Source: an uncultured delta proteobacterium (GTDB lineage: Bacteria; Myxococcota_A; Polyangia; Polyangiales; Polyangiaceae). Taken from it: DNA of 64,000 nt. Numbering within the stretch: position 1 is the first letter of the stretch; the number at the start of each line of letters is the position of its first letter. The position numbers were made by a program, and so were the translations under genes. The DNA lies in the NCBI GenBank assembly GCA_963806225.1, contig CAWDXG010000001.1:1728001-1792000 (forward strand), given 5' to 3'. The notes under the pieces are model-generated. The model had not been told where the DNA came from. It was given only the letters and a program-made list of their open reading frames with translations, and searched no databases. Positions 41,393 through 53,707 of this stretch are shown in pieces.

Positions 41393-42952
41393 TCACGGCA
41401 TCGGGCGCGAGTGTTGCGACGGCGCTTCTGGAACCGAAGGCCAGCCGCCACTCCACCCCATCGCGTCCACGAGCAGATGGCGCTGGTCACCGGGGCCGTT
41501 GACCTGGCCGCTCTGCCAGGCGTGATAGACCATGACCGTGTTGCCGCCGGGCGTGTCGACGACTGAACAATGCCCGGGTCCCACCCACTTGCCGCCGGTC
41601 GTGAGGATCGGCGCGCCCGCCTTCTGGTAGGGACCGAGCGGCGAGCTCGAGCGCGCGACGCCGACCGCGTACGTCGCGTTGTAGTAGGCGTTGCCGCTGT
41701 ACAAGAGGTAGTAGGAGCCGCCGTGGGCGACGACCCAGGGGCCCTCCACGACGCTGCCTTCCCAGCTCCGGTCATTGACGATCAGCTGGACGCGCGAGCC
41801 CTTCAGGGCGGTGCCGCTTGCGGACAGCTGTTGGCCGTAGATGGGCGTCGGCTTTCCGACCGCGTTGCCGTCGGCCTTCCACACCACGTACGGCCGCCCG
41901 CTCGAGTCCGCAAACTCGCTGGGATCGATCATCCCCATGGCCGCGTCGTGCACCAGCGGCTGGCCGATGTCGGTGAAAGGGCCGAGCGGGCTCGACGCGG
42001 TGGCGGCGCCGACCGAGAGCTGGCCGTCCTTGTGGCGCGCGGTGAAGTAGGCGACGTAGTGGCTGCCGACCTTGTGGATCTCGGGCGCCCAGAAGTCGCT
42101 CGCCGCCCACGACGGCTTGCTCGCGGCGGGGAAGATCGCGCCGGCGGATTTCCAGTGCACGAGATCGGGCGAGGTCCGGAGCGGGAAGGCGTTGGCGGCG
42201 TTGCCGCTGGTGCAGGCGACGATGTACTGCTTGCCGTCGCGGATCACGCCGGGATCGGCGCAGCCGCCGGGAACGACCGGGTTCTGGTACAGGCCGCCGC
42301 AGCCCTCGTAGCGGAACGACATCGCGCACGTGCCGTTGAAGTGCGGCGCCCAGCCGTTGGACAGCGTCGCGTAGGACGTGGCGCCCTGGGTGACGCACGC
42401 GCGATCCCAGTACACGCGACCCGGCACGTCGTCGTAGTGGGCGGGATGGTTCGGTGCCGGGAGCCAGTTCTTGCCGTAGCTGATGCGCGTGGTGCACGCC
42501 GGCGCGCCGGGGCACGTCGTGTCGAGCGCCATCACGCAGGCGCTGTGCCCGGAGAAGTACGGCTTCCAGCCGTTCGAGAGCGTGGCCGTGGAGTTCTGGC
42601 CGTCGTCGGTGCACGCGCCGTCCCAGCTGACGCTGCCGGCAACGTCGTCGAACGCGTCGGGATGGCTTGCCGGATGGATCCAGGTGTCGCCGTAGCTGAT
42701 GCGCGTGGTGCACGGGCCAGAACCGCCCGCGCTCGAGCCCGCGCTGCCGCCCGCGCCGCCCGTCGCGGAGCCTTCGTTGCCCGCGTCTAGGTTGCCTCCC
42801 CCCGCGCCCGAGTCGGTCGAGGGCCAGCCCGCAAAGGAAGTGCCGTCGCTGGATGCGTCCATCGCGGGTGATTGCGAGCCGCCGCCGCTGCTGCATCCGT
42901 AGGCGAAAGCGACAGCAGAGGCGAAGCAAGCGGCAAGCCGCAGGGGGCGCAC
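41393..42952 (-). CDS. GH43 glycoside hydrolase lipoprotein with a duplicated N-terminal Cys-containing module
   Basis: FAYGC lipobox; ADPGVI, SPDLVHW, FWAPEI, IDPSEF, VEGPW and GPGHCSV motifs. Confidence 0.92.
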   Translation of the reverse strand: MRPLRLAACFASAVAFAYGCSSGGGSQSPAMDASSDGTSFAGWPSTDSGAGGGNLDAGNEGSATGGAGGSAGSSAGGSGPCTTRISYGDTWIHPASHPDAFDDVAGSVSWDGACTDDGQNSTATLSNGWKPYFSGHSACVMALDTTCPGAPACTTRISYGKNWLPAPNHPAHYDDVPGRVYWDRACVTQGATSYATLSNGWAPHFNGTCAMSFRYEGCGGLYQNPVVPGGCADPGVIRDGKQYIVACTSGNAANAFPLRTSPDLVHWKSAGAIFPAASKPSWAASDFWAPEIHKVGSHYVAYFTARHKDGQLSVGAATASSPLGPFTDIGQPLVHDAAMGMIDPSEFADSSGRPYVVWKADGNAVGKPTPIYGQQLSASGTALKGSRVQLIVNDRSWEGSVVEGPWVVAHGGSYYLLYSGNAYYNATYAVGVARSSSPLGPYQKAGAPILTTGGKWVGPGHCSVVDTPGGNTVMVYHAWQSGQVNGPGDQRHLLVDAMGWSGGWPSVPEAPSQHSRPMP

Positions 42953-43065
42953 GTCATCAGCGTGGACGTCGGGCTACGGTGGTGTCAAGCGGTGCAGGTC
43001 GTGCGGTGGTGCCTTCCCTGCAGTAGGATTAGGATGACGAAGCAGGGTCGACAGGGAGGCCTCTC

Positions 43066-44208
43066 TTGAGAAAGCTGTTCGCGTGGGCGGCGCAGCGCGC
43101 GGCGACGGTGCTCGCGATATCGGCCGTCGCGGGATGCGGAGGAACGGTGCGGAGCACCGGATCGCAGGGCGGCGGATCCATCGCCCGCTGCTCCACACCC
43201 AGATTCTGCCACCACGTGCAGCAGGTCGGATCGCCGCAGCAGGTCGATCTAGGGCCGATTGCCGACGGCAATGTGCAGCTCGGCAGCGGCGTGATGACGC
43301 AGCTGGGGCCGGTCGTGCCGTGGGGCGAACGCTCCTGTTGTTCAACGCCGAGCCAGGCCGCGGCGGGTTTTGCGCTGCTCGAGCAGCAGGCTTCGATGAC
43401 GATCTGGGGTCCCGCCACGGTGCCGGCGCCTTTCGTCGAGAGCCCGCTGCCGCTGTTCGCGCGGGGCAGCGAGATCGACGCGGTCGAGCCCGCCGGCAAC
43501 TACGACAAGGTCCATCGCTATTCCGTGCCGGCGCTGGACGAGCTGGGCGCGGTTGTCGCGGCGGCGCCTCTTCCGACGCCGCGGGCCGTTGGTGAGCGTG
43601 TGGTGTCGATCAGCGACGACCAGAGTGGCACCCACGTCGTACTGCTGGACGCATCGCTTTCGAAGGTGCTGGCGAGGCAGGACGACAGCGGATCGTCGGC
43701 TGCCCAGGCTACGTTGAGCCCAAGCTGCGAAGGGCTGGTCGGGACGGGCATCGACGGAGCCGCGCTGGTGAGCGTCGCCGTGGATGACACGGGGCTTGCC
43801 ACCCCGGCGCACACGCTGCTCGTGGACACGGGTGGCACCAAGGGAAGGCGGACCGCCGCCTGGGACGGCAGGGAGGTGGTGCTGACGGACGGGAAGCAGG
43901 TTCTCGAGCTCGACGCGCACGGCCTGGTTTTCGAGCAGACGACCCTTGCCGACCAGCCGCTCGCCGCGGCCGGAACCGACGACGGTCTGCTCGTTCTCGT
44001 CAACACCCCGGACGGTCTCGACCCCAAGCTCCTGCTCGTTGCCCGCGGCAGCGGCAAGGTCGTGAAGGATCTGGGCCTGGTCTATCTCGGCGGAATGTAC
44101 GCAGCGACCGCGCTTGCTGTCTCCGAACCGGGTCGCGTGTACTTCGCAGCGTCCTCGTACACAGCGCGCAACGCGGTGGTGTGGGTGGGCGTGGACTGCG
44201 GGTCGTAG
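43066..44208 (+). CDS. Hypothetical lipoprotein (beta-rich)
   Basis: VAGC lipobox; long ORF with GC3-biased codons. Confidence 0.65.
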   Translation: MRKLFAWAAQRAATVLAISAVAGCGGTVRSTGSQGGGSIARCSTPRFCHHVQQVGSPQQVDLGPIADGNVQLGSGVMTQLGPVVPWGERSCCSTPSQAAAGFALLEQQASMTIWGPATVPAPFVESPLPLFARGSEIDAVEPAGNYDKVHRYSVPALDELGAVVAAAPLPTPRAVGERVVSISDDQSGTHVVLLDASLSKVLARQDDSGSSAAQATLSPSCEGLVGTGIDGAALVSVAVDDTGLATPAHTLLVDTGGTKGRRTAAWDGREVVLTDGKQVLELDAHGLVFEQTTLADQPLAAAGTDDGLLVLVNTPDGLDPKLLLVARGSGKVVKDLGLVYLGGMYAATALAVSEPGRVYFAASSYTARNAVVWVGVDCGS

Positions 44209-44339
44209 CGTGTCCGCGGATTCGCGGATGTGAAGCTCCAGGGGCACATCGCGGGGGCGTGCACGAGGGCAGGGTGGCGGAGTCGTGTTGCGGCGGCGAG
44301 GCGTTCCCCGATGCCGCAGTCGTGGTAGGTCAGAGGGCG

Positions 44340-45248
44340 ATGTCGCGACGGTGGCGAGCGGTGCTGGCTTGCGTGCTCGGCTTTGCGTGCTCGAAGACGC
44401 ACAAGGCCCCGCCGCTTCCCGCTCCGCCGAGCGCAGCGGTGTCGAGAGCGGCGGCGAGTGCCGCGCCTTCCGCAAGCGCCGCCGCGCCCGCTGCGGGTCT
44501 GGTGCTCCATCTTGAACGGCAGATCGGCAAGAGTGGCGATGCGCTGTCCGCCGAGCTCTACCGCTACACCGGAGCCGCCAGCCACGGGCGCATGTGGGTC
44601 GCGCACGTCCGGCCGGGCAAGGCGCACATCCAGTTACTGCCCGTGCCGCGCCCGCGGCCGCTCGCCGACATCCTGAAGGGTCGCGAACCGCGCGGTGACT
44701 ACGTAGCGGTGAACGGCGGCTTCTACGACCAGGAGCGGCCCATGGGGCTGGTCGTTGCTGGCGGCAGCCCGGTTGCGCCGCTACGCGAGCGCGGCGGCTC
44801 GGGCGTGTTCTTCGTGGAAATGGGCCGCCCCGCTATCGTGCATCGCGACGCGTACAAGGCGAAGAAGCCGGCGCTCGCGCTGCAGAGCGTCGACCGGCTC
44901 GTCGACGGTGGGCGCGTGCTGGTCCGCGCGCGCCCCGGCCTGCGGCGCGATGCGCGCTCGGCCGTGGTCATCGATGCCGAGGGCGCGGTGCTGTTCGCTG
45001 TTGCCTTCGACGCGCAGGCGGCGTTTCCCCTGTCGGACGACGAGATCCGCATGAGCGCCGCGTCGACCACGTCTGGGCCGACGCTGCTCGAGTTCGCGAA
45101 GCTGCTCGTGGGCGATCTGCACGCGCGGACCGCGCTCAATCTGGACGGCGGCTCGTCCACGTCCATGCGCATCCGCATCGGCAAGGCGCATCTGGACGTG
45201 ATCGCGCGGCACGCGACGATCAACGTACTGGTGGCGGACCGGCGCTAG
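44340..45248 (+). CDS. Phosphodiester glycosidase (NAGPA/DUF2233) family lipoprotein
   Basis: AVNGGFY, ARSAV, ALNLDGGSST motifs; GFAC lipobox-like site. Confidence 0.88.
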   Translation: MSRRWRAVLACVLGFACSKTHKAPPLPAPPSAAVSRAAASAAPSASAAAPAAGLVLHLERQIGKSGDALSAELYRYTGAASHGRMWVAHVRPGKAHIQLLPVPRPRPLADILKGREPRGDYVAVNGGFYDQERPMGLVVAGGSPVAPLRERGGSGVFFVEMGRPAIVHRDAYKAKKPALALQSVDRLVDGGRVLVRARPGLRRDARSAVVIDAEGAVLFAVAFDAQAAFPLSDDEIRMSAASTTSGPTLLEFAKLLVGDLHARTALNLDGGSSTSMRIRIGKAHLDVIARHATINVLVADRR

Positions 45249-45524
45249 CCGGGCGGGGCAGGGCAGCGCGAGCGCTGCGTGCGGTGGATGTGGAGCGGCT
45301 GCCAGGCCCTCCCGAAGCTTCCGGCCCTATTCGTCGTTCTTGCTTGTTCCGCCCGCTTGCGCTAGAAGCCCCCCCACCACGTCTTCGACCGGCGAGCTCG
45401 CTCGCGGCGCGGGGACTCCCCGAATGCCTGGCGACGAAACTGCCGGCGGTCGGACGTGGCCACACGGCGGATTTGCGACTGTGTGATGTGTTTCCGGCCT
45501 GTCCGGAAGAAAGAACCGATCTAC

Positions 45525-46781
<1,257 letters not shown>

Positions 46782-46800
46782 CCCGCGCCCCGAACGATAG

Positions 46801-46837
46801 GAGCCCACCGCCGCTGTCGCGACGGTGGGCTCTTTTT
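46801..46837 (+). terminator. Rho-independent terminator
   Basis: GAGCCCACCG...CGGTGGGCTC stem followed by TTTTT, between convergent genes. Confidence 0.85.
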
Positions 46838-46855
46838 CTATCGGTTGTGCGTCGC

Positions 46856-47182
46856 TCAGCGACGGAAGCGACCGCCGCCGCCGCCGCCGCCGCCACCGCG
46901 GCCGCCGCCGCCACCACCGCCACCACCGCGAGCGGGGCGATCGTTCGCCTCGTTGACGCGGATGGAGCGACCGTCGAGCATCTGCCCATCCATCTCCTGG
47001 ATCGCGCGCTGGGCGGACCCGGAATCGTCGTAGGTCACGAAGCCGAAGCCCCGTGAGCGACCAGTTTCACGATCGGTAACGACCTTGGCCTCGACGATTT
47101 CTCCGAAACCTTCGAAGGCCTCACGGAGGCCGTGATCGTCCGTCCCCCACGCTAGACCACCAACAAACAACTTGTTTCCCAT
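46856..47182 (-). CDS. RRM (RNP-1) RNA-binding protein with Gly-rich tail
   Basis: KLFVGGL (RNP2), RSRGFGFVT (RNP1), poly-Gly/RGG tail. Confidence 0.95.
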   Translation of the reverse strand: MGNKLFVGGLAWGTDDHGLREAFEGFGEIVEAKVVTDRETGRSRGFGFVTYDDSGSAQRAIQEMDGQMLDGRSIRVNEANDRPARGGGGGGGGGRGGGGGGGGGRFRR

Positions 47183-47239
47183 GTCTCTTCTCTTCTGTCT
47201 CTCTCTCACCCGAACGAGTCGCGCGCTGCAACGACAGCG

Positions 47240-47581
47240 CTACCCCTCGTCCGTTGGATCCTTGGTAAAGCCGCGGCGGCGCGAGCTGCGCCGTGTGCTC
47301 CGGCTCGCGTTCCAGCACGCACGCGCGGCGGCGTAGACGGCCCGCGCGATCGCTTCGTGCTCGTCATCCGGTGTCCGGTGCTCGCCGATGATGCGGACCG
47401 CGAGTGCGCGCGCCTCGGACAGCGTGCCCGGCCACATGCCCACGTCCCGCCCATCCGCCTCGAGCCCGATGCGGACTGCATCGGCCCATGACTTCCCGGC
47501 CGCTTGTGCGGCGAGAGCTAGGGTGCTGGAAGCGTTGGCGCGGGACATCGAGCGAGCAGAGCACGCTTCGTCCACACACAC
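47240..47581 (-). CDS. Hypothetical small protein
   Basis: WPGTLSEAR...AARACW pattern; family unknown; start uncertain. Confidence 0.45.
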   Translation of the reverse strand: MCVDEACSARSMSRANASSTLALAAQAAGKSWADAVRIGLEADGRDVGMWPGTLSEARALAVRIIGEHRTPDDEHEAIARAVYAAARACWNASRSTRRSSRRRGFTKDPTDEG

Positions 47582-47821
47582 TGGCTACCGGAGAGTGGGC
47601 GAAGGAGGGCGGACCCTCCACGGCTACGGGGCAAGGTGTGGCACGGCGACTCCGGGGGCGCAATGTCAAACGACGTCGGTGAATTCTGCCGTGACAGGGC
47701 GCTGACGCGCGTGGTCCAGCCAGGCAGGCGGCGCGCGCAGCTGCTGCCGCCGCGGCCTGTGGACAACGCAGCGCCTGCGCAACGGGCGTGGCAGGACGCG
47801 ACGGTGCGACGTCGGATCTGC

Positions 47822-47837
47822 TGGCGCGCGGTTTGCA
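47822..47837 (+). promoter_or_regulatory. Sigma54 (-24/-12) promoter of the aldehyde dehydrogenase operon
   Basis: TGGCGCGCGGTTTGCA gives GG-N10-GC, close to TGGCAC-N5-TTGCW; 43 nt before the ATG. Confidence 0.75.
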
Positions 47838-47879
47838 ACCCATCGCGCTCCCAACCCGAACCCACAGGGGGACCACGCG

Positions 47880-49400
<1,521 letters not shown>

Positions 49401-49407
49401 AGTCGAG

Positions 49408-49746
49408 ATGTCCGACGAGCCACAGGTCGTGGCGACTGAAGCCGCCGTCCGGCTGATCCGGAAGTTGAGGGAGGATCACGGTCCCCTGATGTTCCATCAG
49501 TCGGGCGGCTGCTGCGACGGCAGCGCTCCGATGTGCTACCCGCAAGGCGAGTTCCGCATCGGAGCGCGTGACGTCCTGCTCGGCGAAGTCGACGGCACGC
49601 CCTTCTACATCGGCGGTGACCAGTACGAGCTGTGGAAGCACACCCGGCTCACCCTGGACGTCGTCCCCGGCCGCGGCGCGGGCTTCTCGTTGGAAGCGCC
49701 GGAGGGGATGCGCTTCATCATCCGGTCGGACGTGTGCGCGGTGTAG
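49408..49746 (+). CDS. DUF779 family protein
   Basis: FHQSGGCCDGSAPMCYP...GRGAGFSLEAP; usual partner of AldB-type genes. Confidence 0.95.
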   Translation: MSDEPQVVATEAAVRLIRKLREDHGPLMFHQSGGCCDGSAPMCYPQGEFRIGARDVLLGEVDGTPFYIGGDQYELWKHTRLTLDVVPGRGAGFSLEAPEGMRFIIRSDVCAV

Positions 49747-50019
49747 CGGGCGGGTGGCCTGCCGCGTATTGTCCGGCGCGGCGGGCAGCGGCCGCGCGCA
49801 TCGAGCCGCAATCCCGGGGGCCAGAGCGCCCAGATCCCCTCCGGGCGGGCCTCCATCGGCTTTCGAGACTCGCCGCGCGTCTGTTTCGGTGCTAGGAATA
49901 GGGGGTCGCTACGCGGTTCGGCCAGAGGGCCGCGCGTGTTGGCGATGCAGCGATGTCCCCGCCGACGCATGGCGCGCCCGGCGGCCGCACGCTGGTATGT
50001 GGCGAAGGAGCGTCATTGC

Positions 50020-50994
50020 ATGACCCAGGCACTATCGGACGAATCCACTGATCTGGCTGTCTTCGAGCACAAGAAGCGGCGCGAATGGGGCCTCGCCGTG
50101 CTCGCCTGGGAGCACCGCGACAAGCGCGGCTACGTCTTCGAAAATGGCCAGCTCCGGGTCCTGGTGCAGGCGTTTTTCTCGATGATGCGCCAGGTGGATC
50201 GCCCGACAGAAGAGGTCCGGGCCCTGCACGAGACGCTCCGGCCGGAGCTCGATGCGGCGCGAGCCGAGATGGGTGCGGTCACCCAACCCGCGCAACGCAA
50301 GTCGACCTCGCCCGTCTCGTTCGACGATCAGCTGGCGCGCTTCCACGCCACGTTCCCGAACGGGTTCAAGGACGACGCCTGGATCCAGCAGCACCGTGGA
50401 GCTACGGCGTCCCGGCGGGTCGGCGCCCATCGCGATCCGTCCGTCGAAGAAGCCCAGCAGCAGCTCGACCCGGCCGTGCTCGACAAGAGGCTGGCCGGTG
50501 ACGAGTACCGGGCCATCTACGACAGCGTGCTGGCTCTACTCGGACGTACCGATCTCGTCCCGGCAGCAGAGCTCGCCGTGCTGCGAGGCGCGGAGCCAGG
50601 CAACCAGCGAGCGCTGGCGCTCATGGTGGCGGAGCTGGTGCACGGCTCCGGCGAGGCAGGGTCGCGGCTCGATCATTTCGTCACGGCCTTCCACAGGACG
50701 TTCGGCAAGCCGCCGGGGTGGCAGCTTGCCACTGCGCTGCCGGCCCTGTACGCGCCGGACGAGTGGATCGTCGTGCGGCCGGCGATGTTCCGCACGCAGG
50801 CAAAGCGGATGGTGCCCGGATTCTCGCTGCCGAAGACGCCGGGAGCCGCTCCCTACCGGCGCTGTCTCGCGATGGCGCAGAACGTCCGCGCCCGGCTCGA
50901 GGAGCGCGAGGAGGCGCCGCGCGACCTGCTGGATGTCTACGACTTCATGCGCGAATCGCTGCGGTCGAGCTCGAAGCGAGCCGCGGCGAAGTAG
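50020..50994 (+). CDS. Hypothetical protein
   Basis: Long ORF with typical codon bias and AAGGAG RBS; no family recognised. Confidence 0.7.
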   Translation: MTQALSDESTDLAVFEHKKRREWGLAVLAWEHRDKRGYVFENGQLRVLVQAFFSMMRQVDRPTEEVRALHETLRPELDAARAEMGAVTQPAQRKSTSPVSFDDQLARFHATFPNGFKDDAWIQQHRGATASRRVGAHRDPSVEEAQQQLDPAVLDKRLAGDEYRAIYDSVLALLGRTDLVPAAELAVLRGAEPGNQRALALMVAELVHGSGEAGSRLDHFVTAFHRTFGKPPGWQLATALPALYAPDEWIVVRPAMFRTQAKRMVPGFSLPKTPGAAPYRRCLAMAQNVRARLEEREEAPRDLLDVYDFMRESLRSSSKRAAAK

Positions 50995-50995
50995 G

Positions 50996-51352
50996 TCACT
51001 CGGTCTCGACGACCTCGGTGCGCACCTGATCGAGCGTCGCCGATAGCTCCTCCCGCGCCTTGTCGCGCCCGGAACCGGCTGCCTTGACGTAGGCGAGGTA
51101 GGCGGTTTCGAGCCGGCGCATCGCGTCGGTGAGCGCGCTCACCCGGACAGCGTCCCTCGGGTTGCCGTTGAACACGCCCGAAGCCAGACGATCCGCAGCG
51201 CCCAGCCGTGCCATCAGCTGCGACGCGCTGTTCTCGAGCGGCAGCGGCGGAGCTTCGGCCGGATCCCAGGAAGAGACGCGGAGCGTGGCGTCGAGGGACT
51301 CGACGAGCTCCTCCAGGGACTTGTGGAAAACGGTGACTCGTCTGTCTTTCAT
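50996..51352 (-). CDS. Hypothetical helical protein
   Basis: Coding-like bias; start MKDRR inferred. Confidence 0.55.
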   Translation of the reverse strand: MKDRRVTVFHKSLEELVESLDATLRVSSWDPAEAPPLPLENSASQLMARLGAADRLASGVFNGNPRDAVRVSALTDAMRRLETAYLAYVKAAGSGRDKAREELSATLDQVRTEVVETE

Positions 51353-51544
51353 CTGGCTCGCCCGACGACCTGGCGGGCTGGCATCCGCCGCTCGCCTCTC
51401 CAGGATGCGGAAGAACCTCCCGCACATCACGCGGGGCATCTTCCCCCGAGCGGGGGAGCTACGCCTTCGTGAAGGACCGCAGTCTAGCGAGAACCCGGGA
51501 GTCCGCAAGCGATCATGCGTTGTCGCGCCGATCCATCGCGTGCG

Positions 51545-52261
51545 TCACGCCAGTGTGGCCGCCGCAATCCGGATCGCTGCGGGGGCGTTGTCGGTGATCA
51601 TGGCGCCGTGCGAGACGACCACACGCGCGAGATCGGGCGTTTCAGCAAGGCGCTCGAGATGGGCGCGGAGCGCGGCCCGGTCCTTGGCGACAAACCAGCG
51701 CACGAGGCGCGAGACGCGCGGGCCGCCAGTGGATTGGGTGACATGCTTGAACACGAATCCCGTGAATCCGCGCATGTCTTTCATGTTGAAAATGACGTCG
51801 TTGAACACCAGCGTGCTGCCGCCGGGGCTCTTCACGATCATCACGCCTTCGCGCGCGGCGGCGCCGTCGAGCGTGACGAACGAGACCGCGTCATCGGCGG
51901 GAAAGTCGTCGTAGGTCCCATCGACGCGCACGACCTCTTCCACCTTCTTCCGGGCGCCGGCCGGACAGTAGACGCGCGCCTCCGGGTAGCGCGCGACGAA
52001 CGCCGGCGCGTCCAATCGGTGGTAGCCGTTCGGAACGACGATGGCCGTCACCTTGCCCCAATCGTCGACGCGCTTCATCGAAGCGTTGTCGAGCGGCACG
52101 CCGTTGTGCACGACGATGCCCCCGTCCGCGCGCTTCGCGAGCGTCATCACCCGCTTGAGCGGCATGTTGCCGAGCGTGCCGACCACCCGCCACAGGTTTT
52201 CGTCCAGCTCGTCGATCGGATCGTGCGGAAGCACCGTCCAGCTGCGGTTCGCTTTGGGCAT
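51545..52261 (-). CDS. DUF4336-like / metallo-beta-lactamase-fold protein
   Basis: IVVPNGYHRLD, LVFNDVIFN and VVVSHG motifs. Confidence 0.75.
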   Translation of the reverse strand: MPKANRSWTVLPHDPIDELDENLWRVVGTLGNMPLKRVMTLAKRADGGIVVHNGVPLDNASMKRVDDWGKVTAIVVPNGYHRLDAPAFVARYPEARVYCPAGARKKVEEVVRVDGTYDDFPADDAVSFVTLDGAAAREGVMIVKSPGGSTLVFNDVIFNMKDMRGFTGFVFKHVTQSTGGPRVSRLVRWFVAKDRAALRAHLERLAETPDLARVVVSHGAMITDNAPAAIRIAAATLA

Positions 52262-52345
52262 GGGTGGAGGGTAGCCGCTCGGGCCGCGGTAGGCGACCGC
52301 AGCGACCGGCCGGTGCAAGGCGCGGCGCCGGGGTGCGGGCAGCGG

Positions 52346-53647
52346 CTACGCCTGGGCCACGCGCTTGAGCAGCGCAAGCAGTGCGTCTGTCGGCATCGCT
52401 GGGGTCGCCACGGCGTCGGCGCCGCCTGCCTGGGCCAGAGCGCGGACCTCCTGCGTGTCCTGCGACGCCACCACGACTATCTTCGTCTTTTCCGGGCTGG
52501 ACCCGGCGCGGATGCGACGACCCAGGTTGGAGTCCGGCGCGCCGCCCAGTGTGCGCTGGCAGAGTACGATGTCCGACGCGGATGCACGGTCGAGCGCTTC
52601 CCGGGTGCTCCCGGCTTCCTCCACGCTGAAGTGTGGTTCGAGCTTGGCGCGAAGTACCGCGCGTACCGTCCGCGACTCGTGCACGATGAGCAGCCGCTGC
52701 GGGGTCGTCGGCGGGGTCTGCGCCTCCAGCGAGGCCAGTGTTGCCGCGAGCATCTCCGCCGGTGAGCTGCCCACCGGGATGAAGCGGGAGAGGGCGTCGG
52801 CGACAAAAAGCGCGCGTTGTGGGCGCTTTTCGGGGTCCTTGGAGAGCAGCATTCCCACGATATCGTCCAGCTCTGCCGGCACATCGGGGTTGTGTTGCGA
52901 CGGGGGCGGGGGCGTATGGCTCAGGACCCGCGCGACGGTCTGCGTCTCGCTTTCGCCGCGGAACGGCGTGACGCCGGTCAGCATGCTGTAGAGCACCGCG
53001 CCGAGCGAGAAGACATCGGTCATCGCGTTGGCCGTAGCGGACTGGATTGCCTCGGGCGCCATGAACGGCAGCTTCCCCTTGACGATGCCGCTGCCGGCGG
53101 CAGTCGTCGCGAGCCGGGCGCGGGCCCGCGCGATCCCGAAGTCCGCGAGCTTCACTTCTCCTTCGTGCGAGAGAAGGATGTTGGAAGGGGTCACGTCGCG
53201 ATGCACGACCTGCAGCGGCGTGCCGTCGCTGCCGCGTTTGCGGTGCGCATAGTCGAGTGCCCGCGCGACCTCCGCCGCGACGTGAACGGATTCCACGAAG
53301 GACAGCAGGCGCGAGCGCTGCTGGAGCCGATGCAGCGCTGTATGGAGGCTCGGGCCGTCGACGTATTCCAGCACGAGGTAGTGCTGCCCCTCCGAGACCC
53401 CGAACTCGATCACCTGGACGATGTTGCCGTGGAAGAGCTGCGAGGTGATGCGGGCTTCGTCGCGGAACATCGACACGAAGTCGGTGTTTCCGGTGTGCTG
53501 CGGGAGGATGCGCTTGATGACGACGTCCTTTGCGAAGCCGTCGGCGCCACGGAGCTTGCCGAGGAACACCTCGGCCATCCCGCCCATGGCGAGTCGCCGC
53601 GTGATCTCGTACTGCCCCAGACGCTGGGGGGCCTCAGTGGTGAGCAT
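52346..53647 (-). CDS. Cytoplasmic Ser/Thr kinase with C-terminal pseudo-receiver domain
   Basis: LAMGGMAEVF, HRDVTPSN, DFGIA, GKLPFMAPE; C-terminal LLIVHES...DIVLCQ...GADAV receiver fold. Confidence 0.9.
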   Translation of the reverse strand: MLTTEAPQRLGQYEITRRLAMGGMAEVFLGKLRGADGFAKDVVIKRILPQHTGNTDFVSMFRDEARITSQLFHGNIVQVIEFGVSEGQHYLVLEYVDGPSLHTALHRLQQRSRLLSFVESVHVAAEVARALDYAHRKRGSDGTPLQVVHRDVTPSNILLSHEGEVKLADFGIARARARLATTAAGSGIVKGKLPFMAPEAIQSATANAMTDVFSLGAVLYSMLTGVTPFRGESETQTVARVLSHTPPPPSQHNPDVPAELDDIVGMLLSKDPEKRPQRALFVADALSRFIPVGSSPAEMLAATLASLEAQTPPTTPQRLLIVHESRTVRAVLRAKLEPHFSVEEAGSTREALDRASASDIVLCQRTLGGAPDSNLGRRIRAGSSPEKTKIVVVASQDTQEVRALAQAGGADAVATPAMPTDALLALLKRVAQA

Positions 53648-53707
53648 GAGCCCCCCAGGATAGCGCATGCACCGTCCGGCGCCTTCGACTTCGTCCCTTC
53701 ATCCCGA

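Noticed and set aside
41393..42952. GH43 gene as part of the RiPP cluster
   Set aside because: Separated by about 300 nt that contains the precursor's own candidate promoter, and there is no functional link.
47639..47655. TGGCACG as a second sigma54 promoter
   Set aside because: No GC at the -12 position.
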